NCBI GenBank assembly: GCA_035221665.1
Contig: CM069131.1
Coordinates: 170,004,001-170,068,000 of the forward strand
DNA length: 64,000 nt
Reading direction: 5' to 3'
Source of the DNA: Okamejei kenojei
Taxonomy: Eukaryota
Shown: positions 49,750 to 60,899 of the stretch, piece by piece
How the letters are laid out: every line of letters starts with the position of its first letter
Numbering within the stretch: position 1 is the first letter of the stretch
The notes under the pieces: model-generated
Told to the model about the DNA's origin: nothing
What the model saw: only the letters and a program-made list of their open reading frames with translations
The model's database searches: none
Made by a program: the position numbers and the translations under genes

Positions 49750-50308
49750 TTACAAGTTATAGGTATAGAATTAGGCCATTTGGCCCATCAAGTCCACACT
49801 GCCATTCAATCATGGCTAATCTCTTCCTCCTAATCCCATTTTTCCTGCCCTCTCCCCATAACCCTTGACACCCATTCTAATCAAGAATTTGTTTATCCGT
49901 CTTAAGAAACATTGACTGACTTGGTCTCCATAGTACTCTGTGACAATGAGTCCACAGATTAACTACCCTCTGACAAAAAAAGTTCCTCCTCACCTTGCTA
50001 AAAGAGCACCCTTTAATTCTGAGGCTATGACCTGTGATCCTAGACTCTCCCACCAGTGGAAACTTCCTTTCCATACCTACTCTAAGTTTCAATGAGGTCC
50101 CCCCTCAACCGTCTAAACCCCAGTAAGTAGAGGCCCAGTGCTGTCAAACGCTCATCATATGCTAACCCTCTCATTCCTGGAATCATTCTTCTTAAGCTCC
50201 TCTGGACCCTCTCCAAAGCCAGCACATCCTTCCTCAGATATGGGGCCCAAATTTGCTCACAGTACTCCAAATGTGGCCTGACCAGTGCCTTATAGAGCCT
50301 CAGCATTA
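49750..50308 (-). mobile_element. CR1 3' fragment (host of a Penelope insertion; resumes briefly after 51853)
   Basis: [27 protein letters not shown] and GESRITGHSLRIKG. Confidence 0.85.
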
Positions 50309-51852
50309 TATGTGTAGGAAAGAGCTGCAGATGCTCGTTTAAATCGAAGGTAGACACAAAATGCTGGAACAGGCAGCATCTCGGGAGAGAAGGAATGGGT
50401 GACTTTTCGGGTCAAGACCCTTCTTCAAACTGATGCCAGGGGAATGGGCGGGACAGATAGAATGTAGTCAGAGACAGTAAAGGGGCTGTCCCACTTGGGC
50501 GACCTAATCCGCGAGTCCAGAAGAGTGTCTTCGACCTACAAGCTCGAGGGCACTCGCCTGGAAAGCCTCGAGCTGGATCGACCGTCCAAGTTGAAACCTC
50601 GAGCTGGATCGACCCACTGACACACACACACACATCGCAAAGGCGGGGGCCTGGGAAAGCGGGGGAGCGCTGTCTGAAATTCACACCCGCGATGAAGAAG
50701 ATGGTAAAATGGCTGCACAGTAACGGTAAGTCCTTTAGCGAGCGCGGATGGGGGGGAGGGGGCAGAAGGGGAGAGAAGGGGGGGGGCAGAAGGGGAGAGA
50801 AGGGGTGGAGACACTTTTAAGAAGTATAATAAAGTTTAGCGAGCATTTTACCTACCAGTAGGTCTTCCTCGGTCCTGAAAACTCCAATGAGCCAATCAAA
50901 ATGACCGGACAACGAAGGAGATTGCCTACGGCTGCCCTCGGCTGCCTGTAAGTAAATAGCGACCCCACTCCACTACGAGTTAAAAAGACCCATTTTTCCC
51001 GCAACGTAGGAAAAACATGCTGAAAATTTTTCCCGCAACGTAGCTGAAGCCACGAGTATTCGGGAACTTCCCACGAGCACGAAGGAGAGTTCCAGCGACC
51101 TCATAGGACCTCCTAGGACCACGTGTCGACCATGCCGCGAGTTTGAAGGTTGAAGACACTCTTCTAAACTCGCAGATTAGGTCGCCCAAGTGGGACAGCC
51201 CCTTAAGACTGGTGGGAGAACTAGTAGGGGGAGGGGATGGATAGAGGGAAAGCAAGGGCTATTTGAAGTTAGAGAAGTCAATATTCATACCGCTGGGGTG
51301 TAAACTACCCACGTTCCTCCAATTTGCGCTGGGCTTCACTCTGACAATGGAGGAGGCGCAGGACAGAAAGGTCAGATTGAGAATGGGAGGGGGAGTTAAA
51401 GTGCTGAGTAACCGGGAGATCAGGTAGGTTAAGGCGGACTGAGCGGAGGTGTTCAGCGAACGATCGCCGAGCTCTGTGGAAAGCAGAAAGGGGTGGAGAT
51501 GGGAAGATGTGGCCAGTAGTGGGATCCCGTTGAAGGTGGCGAAAGTGATGGAGCATTATATGCTGTATAACAGCTGTCCCTTTACTTCCCCCTTCGATTC
51601 CATCCTAGGACCCTGACAGTCATTTCAATTGAGGCAGAGGTTCACTTGCACCTCCTCCAACCTCATATACTGTTCCAGATGTTAACTTCTGTACATCGGG
51701 GAGACCAAGCACAGGCTCGGCGATCATTTCACTGAACACCTCCGCTGAGTCCGTCTTAACCTCCCTGAAGGGTCTCGACCCGAAACGTCACCCATTCCTT
51801 CTCTCCAGAGATGCTGCCTGTCCCACTGAGTTACTCCAGCATTTTGTGCCTA
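50309..51852. mobile_element. Penelope-like element, two 3' fragments in inverted arrangement, with an 11-bp TSD
   Basis: GIY-YIG-type fragments on - (FAEHLRSVRLNLPDLPVTQHFNSPSHS) and on + (LYIGETKHRLGDHFTEHL, ~51688-51745). cctcagcatta occurs at 50298-50308 and 51853-51863. Confidence 0.8.
50481..51203. mobile_element. PIF/Harbinger-like MITE with a TAA target-site duplication
   Basis: TIRs AGGGGCTGTCCCACTTGGGCGACCTAATC and GATTAGGTCGCCCAAGTGGGACAGCCCCT; TAA at 50478-50480 and 51204-51206. Confidence 0.85.
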
Positions 51853-53762
51853 CCTCAGCATTACATCTCTGTTTGCAGATGACCGACTATTAGTATGTAG
51901 TTTTTATTTTAGATTAACAGCATCTGCACTTTATTTAACTGCAAATGTTCTGGTCCCTTTAAAGTAACTTACAACTTCACTATTCTTCCAAAAATATTAA
52001 TCTATAGGTTTAAAAATCAGAAATAGTTTAGTAAATATAGAGGCATATTTGAAAGTAAATTTAAAATTAATACTGTATCATAGACTCTCAAATAATTACC
52101 ACACAGAAGGCAATCTGCAAATTGTATCCATTTGGCGAAGAACTGACTTCAGATTAATCTTCTTTTCCAGTTCTAGGTCCATTGTCCTGCAAGTTGTAGC
52201 TATTTAAGTGGGCAGTAGGCACTTTTGCCAATTGGCTTAAATCTATGTGACCCAAGTACTGACCTCCAAGAGAAATGGGTACTTCTGTTGGTCCTGTCTC
52301 AGCCTCAATTATTTAATTGAGATCTATAAAGCTGCCTCCTTTATTCCAAAATAAAACCCCAGATAAGGCAGTCACACTTTATTATAACACTAAATCTTTG
52401 GTCCCAGCGACATCCTCACATCTCCTCTGCTAAACCATTCTTCTTCCATCAGGGAGTGCACAATATGAAAGTCCACATCCATCTACAAGTAACAAATCAA
52501 TTTCTCAAACATATGTCTAATTCTGGTGAAGACAAGACATTACAAGACTCTAACAAGGAATAGGTTCCTTGATGCTCTTCTGACTTTTAATAAGATCACA
52601 GGTAATTCAACAATCTTCACCATTTTCACTCCCTATCCATAAAATCCCCAATTCCACTTTTGATCAAATGTATATCTCAAGTTTGAATACATTCAAGGAT
52701 GCAACCTCCAAAGATTTCTGGGGGAAAAAAAATTATTGAGAGAAGAAATTCTTCCTCATCTCAGTCTCAAATTGCCACCACTCTATTTGACTCTAGGTTT
52801 CCTGGTCTTGGAACATTCCTGGTCACTCATGAGGGGAAACAATCTTCCGTACGTACTCTGTCGAACCCACAAATAATTGTTTATGTTTCAATAAGATTGC
52901 CGTTCACTCTTCTATAGACCAATGAGTACAGACCCAAGCTACTCAGCATCTCCTGTACGATGATCTATTTCAATATCCTCCTGCCCCCCACCCACCCCCA
53001 AAGACACCATTCACATTTTCCCACATTATAGACTCCTTTTGGCAACAATTTGTTCATTCACACAACCTATCAATATCCCTCTATAATCCGTCTACATCCT
53101 TCTTACCTGCGGACATTAGAAAATTATTTGATCTGAACAAAACAGCCAAGATGGGTTGTTCTGGGGACTTTAGCTTATCTGTCCATGAAAATATATATAT
53201 ATATATATATAATTAACAGAAGCTATCCGATTCATTCGTGCAAACGTTGTGACAGTTATTCTAGGTAAAACCATACTGACAGAATGAGAATAGGGATGGC
53301 AGGAATGAAAATCATAGGCGTCATTAGCAAAATAATTTACATTTTGTTTAACTGTTTAACCAGCACAGCAGGTCGTGTACACGTGACATAGGAACATAAA
53401 ATTAGATATCTTGTAACTACATTTCATATGTATAAAAAAATAGCCAAACCATATTCAAAGAAGATAAAACCCATAGGAGGATTTCATTCACACATTCTAA
53501 AAGACTACTGGGAGTGCATATATGTTACGCATCTTTAATAATTCATTACAAAGTGGTGCCAAAGAACTGGCTGGCCAAAGCACCTGGCTCTGTGCTGGAA
53601 GCTGTCCTGAACAGAAATCTCACATGGGTTGGGCAAGATGAAATTATGCTTTTATGCTGCTTGCTCTCTGTAATATTTTTAAAGAAATCAAAGTCTGTTT
53701 TAATTTGTTGTACTTTAATTTATTGTTTTGTGAATTCGCCATGGAGAGCAATCCAGACTTAC

Positions 53763-53851
53763 CCTTGTATTTAAGTTATTTGCAGTTCTTTTCAAGTCCT
53801 GCAGTGCTCTCTGCATGAATTCAAAAGCATGGCAATCAACACAGGGACGAC
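53763..53851 (-). CDS. NICOL1: NICOL1/C4orf48 middle coding exon (89 nt, phase 1-0): (S)RPCVDCHAFEFMQRALQDLKRTANNLNTR
   Basis: Minus-strand acceptor tttgtccaacAG and AGG|GTAAGT donor. Near identity to human SRPCVDCHAFEFMQRALQDLRKTA. Confidence 0.97.
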
Positions 53852-55097
53852 CTGTTGGACAAACATCAACACATCTAAAGTCAACAGCTCTGTTTTACCA
53901 TAACATTACTCTTTTCTTGAAGCAGCTCACACACAAACTAATAAATCTTCTTATCGAGTTCACATCACAAGATTACAAATTGTTCAACCAGAGCTGAATA
54001 CACTTCTCGGCATCGGCATAACATGGCGTCTTGCCCGTCTCGTGCGAAGTGGTGGAAACGGGGCCGCGACTTGAACGATTTCCTTGACCCCAGATCATCA
54101 GCCATGATCACATTGAATGGTGGTGCTGGCTCAAAGGGCCGAATGGCCTACTCCTGCATCTACTGCCTATTGTCTAACAATAAATAAAATTAAATAAGAT
54201 AATCACAGACACCTTGGACTAGCATACCCAAGTAATTAATAATATTTCAAATTAGAATACAACTACATTTTCCCCAACCTGACTGCTTTAGATTCCCACT
54301 TCTAATCTGGAAAATATGGTCCAGGCCAGAGTCAACAGATGTGAAAAAGTCAACTACAAATTGAATAAATTGGCTTATTTTATGGGTTTCCATTGATCAA
54401 ATTTTAACAGTTTTACAACTAACCCATTTGTAAAATCTCATGAATTTTGAATGTTTCTAATTCTACTCAACGTTTTCAGTGGTATATAAAGCACTACATT
54501 TAAGCTGTTAGCTCTTTTCATAAACTGCTATTACAGAAAATTAGGAATATATTTTTATGAATAAAAATAAGATGAGGCTTCCTGGAAGATGACAATGTTT
54601 AATATAGTGGGTATAGAATACACTCATATTTCACATCAAGATTTGATGTCTCTATGTCCTAGGCTCCAAGGAAAATAAGACCCAGCCTATCCCTCAAACC
54701 CTCTCGACCCAATAACATCCTCATAAATATGTTTTTACCCTGTCCAGTTTAATGACGCTCTTCCAAGAATTGCACTTTACTCCAAATGTGAGCTTACCAA
54801 CATCCTGTACATCTGTAGCATGACGTCCCAATCCTGTACTCAATATGCTAGTTGATGACAGCTAGTATGCCAAACATCCACTTCACCATCCTATCCATCA
54901 CCACCTTACAGAACAATGTACCCAGAAGACTCTCTATTGTACTACACTCCTCCAGGGCCCAACTATTTACCATGCAAGTCCTGGCCTGGTTTGTTCTACC
55001 AAAATGAATCACCTTACATTTATTTGAATTGTCCATTTATTTCAAATAAATAGTTTCCTACAAAGTCAAATTGGACTTTGTTCTCTAAAAAGCATAA

Positions 55098-55588
55098 AGG
55101 GGCTTTCCCACTTGGGCGACCTAATTGGCGAGTTTAGAAGAGTTTGAAAAAATGACACATTGAAGACCTCCTTCGACTATGTTGAAGACTAGCTTCGACT
55201 AACTTCGGGAAAATTGGACACCGAATAGTGGAGAGTGAAGACGACCTCCTTCGACTATGATGAAGACTATCTACGACTTCCTTCGACTATCCTCTATTAC
55301 CTACGACTAACATGCTGACCTACCACAACCTACTGCGACTAAACCTACGAGTAAAATAAGTATCGATTTTTTTCCATGGCGACCTTTTTTTACTCGCGGA
55401 CATTTAAAAAAATTATTGATAAAAACGACACGACCTAGCTGAGGCCTCGAATACGCGGAGACCACTCTCAAGCATGAAGGAAAGTTCCGAAAACCTCCTA
55501 CGACCTCATGTCGACCATGCTGCGAGTATGAGTCGAGGGCAAACTCGCCTGAACTCGTGGATTAGGTCGCCCAAGTGGGACAGGCCCT
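55098..55588. mobile_element. PIF/Harbinger-like MITE with the same TIRs but a partly different interior containing short ttcgacta repeats
   Basis: AGGGGCTTTCCCACTTGGGCGACCTAAT ... ATTAGGTCGCCCAAGTGGGACAGGCCCT; flanks TAA and TTA. Confidence 0.8.
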
Positions 55589-58500
55589 TTACTGGATTTG
55601 TACAACAAACATCTTCCTTATGGCGGCTTATACTGATATATTCATTTGTTCATTTATTTCCATTAAAATTCTCAATCTGATAAAGATGTAAACTGAGACT
55701 TCTAGATTGTTAAAATGACCAAACATTCTCTGCAGAGAGTACCCTATCGAGGTTGGAGACATTACCAAAGAATTAATTCCACACACATAATGCTAAACCA
55801 TCTTTTCTGCAATCAACCCAACCTTTAACCCCATCAATCAAGAGTCAAATGTAATTGTCATACAGCCGGGAAACAGGCTCTTTGGCTCCCTACAGACTTG
55901 TCCTATTTTGCCAGCACTCAGTCCCCAGCCTTCAATAACATGACATTTTAGAGGCTCATTGTTAGAGTACCTATCTCTACCGTTACTTCAGTTCCAGATT
56001 TCAACCACTTTCTGGGTGAAAATGAACCCTCAAATCACCAGCAAATCTCTCTTCCCTTATATTAAACCCATGTTCCTTGCTTATAGGTACCTCCGCTAAG
56101 GAAAAATACTTCTCATTTCTGTTCCTAACTATGCTCCTTATAATTCTGTCTACCCGAATCAGGTTGTCCTCTCAGCATTCCCTAAAGAAAACAAATCCAG
56201 CCTATCAAATTTCCTCATAAATGAAATGCTCTGTCATAGGCCCACTGGTGAATCTCTCCTACAACCCACTGAGTGAGCATCCTCCCTTAACTGCGGTGAC
56301 CGGAAGTGCACACAAAGACCCAACAAATAATTTCTATTTATTGCGCTATAACCTGTTGCATTTAATGCTCCATCTAAGGAAGGCAAGTATTCTGTATGCC
56401 TTCTGAATCAGTGTATTTACTTTGGACATATCTACCAAGCTCTCTGTTCCTCAGTATTTACTAGCTTTTTACTTTGTTATGTATATCCTAGCCTTATTAA
56501 TCCTCCAAAAATGCTTACATTTTTCATATACAATTGAATCTGCCATATCTCTAAACCTCTTATCAAAATTTTAACAAATAGCAAGCGTCCCAGCCCCAGT
56601 TCTTGGTTGCAGGCTTCCAACCACCAAAAACAACCACCATTCTCTAGCTCATATAAAAAAGTCAATTTTGGATTTCATTGGTTAAATTTTTAGATTAATC
56701 CCTCAAGTGGGACCTTGTTAAGGGCCTGCGTAAAGTCCCCGTAGACAAAAGAAACCACGCCACTTTCATTGACAATTATTCAACTCCTTGGACAATTTCA
56801 TCCAACATGGTCAGACAGCATCTCCCTTTCACAAAGCCATGCCAGCTTCCTTTGATAATTCTTGCCTCCATGTGTCCATTAATACTGTTCCTCAGAACAT
56901 TTTCCTTTACATTTCCTCTCACTCATTGGGCTATGATTACTTGCTGATCCCTACTGCCTTTCATTAAAAAAACAGAATCACATTCACTATTCGCCAATCA
57001 ACTCGAGGAAAAGGAGGAAAAACAGAAAGAAAAACAAGATGCATTAGAGGCCAAATTGGAAGAAAAGAAAAAGAAGTAAGAAGAGAAACGGTTAAAAGCA
57101 GAAAAGCGTTTGAACGCAGAAAAAGTGATGGGAATTTCAGAAATAACCAGATTCTTCCAAAAACCAAAGACTTTGGTTATGGGGAGAAGGCAATAGAATG
57201 GGGTTAGAATGGAGAGATAGATCAGCCATGACTGTATGGCAGAGTAGACTTGATGGGCCGAATGGCCTAATACTACTCCTATTCCTTATGAAAGAAGATG
57301 GGACAGCGGACCAGTGGGGGAGGGGGTGGGAACTGTGGGCAAGAAGTGAATACACGACTAATGGTGGTGGATCTTATTGGAGCTCATGGCGTTTGGTGTG
57401 GGTGCTGGCAGAATAGTGAGGGCCAATGGAATTATATTGCTATTCTGTGTGGGGAGAAAGGGGAAGAACAGTTGTGCAGGAAATCAAGGACAGGCTTGCA
57501 AGGGAGCTATATCAACTATGGCAGGCGGGAAGCCATGTTTCCAGGAGGACACTTCAGAAGCCCGGGATTTAGATGAGAATGGGCACGGGTAAGTAGGTTC
57601 AAAGGACCTGTTTCTGTGCTGTATGACTCTATGAGATGCGACAGAGACAGAGAAACAACAAAAGGGAATGGCATGTTTACAGTAGGGTTCAGATGAGATT
57701 ATAGGAGATAGCAGTGGCTCGTTTGTCTCCCGAGACAACAGATCCAGAATGTAGAGTTGGGTCAGAGATAGTTCAGGAGAATCTGAAAACAAAATGAAAG
57801 TTAGAAATAATGGTGAAGTAAAAAAAGATGAAGTTTGCACGTGCAAAAATCAATGTGAGGATAAAAGAGTTTTTGTTTGGGGGGGGTGGGTAACTGGAAT
57901 CGGCTTGGAATAAGAACAAGTCCACAGGTTTTACAGCATCCTGTATTCACCTCTGCGGCTACAGAATCACCCACCTCTTCTTCTCACCAATGAATCACCT
58001 ACCACTTTTACATTTGGATTTTTGGTTCTTGCCACTTGTGTGGTAGCTAAGCCATCCACTGTGCCATGATCTTGGCAGTTTGCCATGATCACAAATGGAG
58101 CCTTCACCCTGGCCATTTTCCAACATAGAAATATAATTCCATAGTGGGATGCATTCTGAGAATTTGTTGATAGAAACAAATTTGTAGATAGGAACAAAGA
58201 AAATAGATGCAGGGGTAGGCCATTCGGCCCTTCAAGCCAGCACCGCCATTCAATATGATCATGGCTGATCATCCAGAATCAGTACCCTGATCCTGTTTTC
58301 TCCCCATATCCCTTGATTCCGTTAGCCCCAAGAACTGCCTTCTGTAGCAGATAATCCACTGTCTTTCTCTGATTGCAGTTACAAGGTGACTATCTCCAAA
58401 TATGCTATCCATATAACTCTTATCCAAACATGCAACTCCATCTGGAACTCAAGCTGTTCAATGCACCATCACTTCTTGTAAGTGTGGTCATTCAGATTCC

Positions 58501-59208
58501 TAGGAGCATCTACATTCTCCTTGCAGTCTCGATGCAGGCCGTTCAACAGACATGACAGATCTCCAGTGACAAACATTACATTCTCAATATCCCATATACA
58601 CCATTCTTGACTATTAATCAAACAGCTTTGGAGTCCATTTCTTTCCCCTTCACATGCCTTTTCTACATTACGAAAAAATGACAAGAGCTGGTTGTAAAAC
58701 GAGTGTAGCATTCTGTTTGCAGCACCTGGCAGTTTTCTCTCGAGTTTCCCGCAGATTCCGCCTTAATTGCAAATAAAATGAATGGTTAATCGTCTGTCCA
58801 ATGGAGGCACAAGAGACCGTAGATGTTGGATGCAATCTAGTTTTTTAAAAAGGCACAACAGCTGGAGGAGCTCAGCGGGTCAGGCAGCTTCTGTGGAGAA
58901 AAGTGGACAGTTAACATGTCAGTGTGGATGAAGGGTTCAGACCCGAAATCTCCATCCAGAGATGCTGCCTGATCCGCTCAGCTGCTCTTCCCTTTTGGGT
59001 GAAGAGCTCTCTCCCCCCCCCCCCCCCCCCAGCAGCTCTTCCTTCCTTCCTCTTTTGTTTTAATTCAAGGCAACACAATGCGCACAGAGACACCAGAGAA
59101 GCCTGGAGGAGGAGATGAGACACAAAATGCTGGAGTAACTCAACAGGCCAGGCAACATCTCTGGGAGAAAAAGGAATATGTGGCCCTTCTTCAGAAACCT
59201 GGACTTAC

Positions 59209-59317
59209 TTTCAGCCGGGATCACGGTGCCGGCGTCGGCGTTGACATCGGCCTCGGCGAGGAAGCCGGCAGCGGCGGCGAGCAGGACGAGCAGAGCGAGG
59301 GAGGGAGCAGCGAACAT
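59209..59317 (-). CDS. NICOL1: NICOL1/C4orf48 first coding exon (109 nt), signal peptide: MFAAPSLALLVLLAAAAGFLAEADVNADAGTVIPAE
   Basis: GCC ATG Kozak context, hydrophobic core, A|GTAAGT phase-1 donor. AGTVIPAE-S parallels human AGSAVPAQ-S. The spliced CDS is 264 nt, giving 87 aa. Confidence 0.92.
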
Positions 59318-59681
59318 GGCAGCGAGCGGCGCCAACGCTCCGCACCGGCCTGTGTGTGGGCTGGGGAAATTTCACCTTCACTGTCGCCAGGGGCAAACGA
59401 TTTAAACAAAACTGAATGTCTCCTTTCGAATAAGCTAACGCAAAGGGGGTTTGAAATTAGCCTGAGTCTGTGTGTGTCGTGGGCCTCCGCCGCCCTTCCC
59501 GTCAACGCAACTTGAAAGGCGAAGCCGCCGCCTGATTGATGTGGAGCCGCACCAATCAGCGATGGGCATCGCCCCCGGGAGGTGGGGCTTATCCCTGCTG
59601 TGTCCAATCAGGTGCGCGGACGCGTGAGCGTGGGCGGGACTTGTGGAGCGGACAGTGAGTTTGGTTGCGCTCGGAGGGAGG

Positions 59682-60620
59682 GTGAAGAGGGCAGCAAGTG
59701 TGGTTGCACCCGCTGGAGCGGTGCCTGTGGAAGGGGCAGCAGGTGTGGTTGCACCAGCTGGGCGGCGCTTGTGGAGAAGGCAGCAAGTGTGGTTGCACCA
59801 GCTGGGCGGTGCTTGTGGAGAGGGCAGCAAGTGTGGTTGCACCAGCTGGGCGGCGCTTGTGGAGAGGGCAGCAAGTGTGGTTGCACCAGCTGGGCGGCGC
59901 TTGTGGAGAGGGCAGCAAGTGTGGTTGCACCCAATGGAGCGGTGCCTGTGGAAGGGGCAGCAAGTGTGGTTGCACCCGCTGGGGCGGTGCTTGTGGAGAA
60001 GGCAGCAAGTGTGGTTGCACCAGCTGGGCGGCGCTAGTGGAGAGGGCAGCAAGTGTGGCTGCACCCGCTGGGGGCGGCGCTAGTGGAGGCGGCAGCAAGT
60101 GTGGCTGCACCCGCTGGGGGCGGCGCTAGTGGAGGCGGCAGCAAGTGTGGCTGCACCCGCTGGGGGCGGCGCTAGTGGAGAGAGCAGCAAGTGTGGCTGC
60201 ACCCGCTGGGGCGGCGCTAGTGGAGGCGGCAGCAAGTGTGGCTGCACCCGCTGGAGCGGTGCCTGTGGAAGGGGCAGCAAGTGTGGTTGCACCCGCTGGG
60301 GCGGCGCTAGTGGGGGCGGCAGCAAGTGTGGCTGCACCCGCTGGGGGCGGCGCTAGTGGAGAGGGCAGCAAGTGTGGCTGCACCCGCTGGGGGCGGCGCT
60401 AGTGGAGGCGGCAGCAAGTGTGGCTGCACCCGCTGAGGCGGGGCTAGTGGGGGCGGCAGCAAGTGTGGTTGCACGCGCTGGGCGGCGCTAGTGGAGAGGG
60501 CAGCAAGTGTGGCTGCACCCGCTGGGGGCGGCGCTAGTGGAGAGGGCAGCAAGTGTGGCTGCACCCGCTGGGGCGGCGCTAGTGGAGGCGGCAGCAAGTG
60601 TGGCTGCACCCGCTGGGCGG
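59682..60620. repeat. GC-rich minisatellite, 21 units of 44-46 bp
   Basis: The GCAGCAAGTGTGG anchor recurs 21 times from 59691 to 60591 (one copy has a single substitution). Consensus is about GGCAGCAAGTGTGGYTGCACCMGCTGGG(G)(G)CGGCGCTWGTGGAGRS. Confidence 0.97.
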
Positions 60621-60689
60621 GGCGGGGCCGGCACCAAAGGCTCTCGCCGCCCCGTGTAATGCCCGTCCATTCAAATCTCCTTCTTCAAG

Positions 60690-60899
60690 ATGGCGTCCAT
60701 GCGGGAGAGCGACACAGGCTTGTGGCTTCACAACAAGCTGGGCTCGGCCGATGAGCTCTGGGCGCCTCCCAGCATCGCCTCGCTGCTCACTAAGGACGTC
60801 GTGGACAACATCCGAGTGTGTTTTCACGGCCTCTCGTCGGCGGTGAAGCTTAAACTGCTGCTGGGGATCCTGCACCTTCCCAAGCGGACGGTGGACGAG
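60690..60899 (+). CDS. NELFA: NELFA (WHSC2, negative elongation factor A) first coding exon, 70 codons; the gene continues beyond the window
   Basis: MASMRESDTGLWLHNKLGSADELWAPPSIASLLTKDVVDNIRVCFHGLSSAVKLKLLLGILHLPKRTVDE is near-identical to the vertebrate NELFA N-terminus; GAG|GTGAGG donor at 60900. Confidence 0.97.

Noticed and set aside
53998-54015. Resemblance to the U2 snRNA 5' end (cttctcggc)
   Set aside because: The match stops after about 9 nt; no U2 branch-pairing or Sm-site sequence follows.
59060-59335. ORF-track 91-aa protein MAPLAAMFAAPS...
   Set aside because: It starts at a TTG and reads through the GTAAGT donor into a repeat. The supported exon is 59209-59317 from the ATG.
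59682-60620. CRISPR-like array of regularly spaced repeats
   Set aside because: The intervening sequence is itself repeated (no unique spacers), there are no cas genes, and the context is vertebrate. It is a minisatellite.
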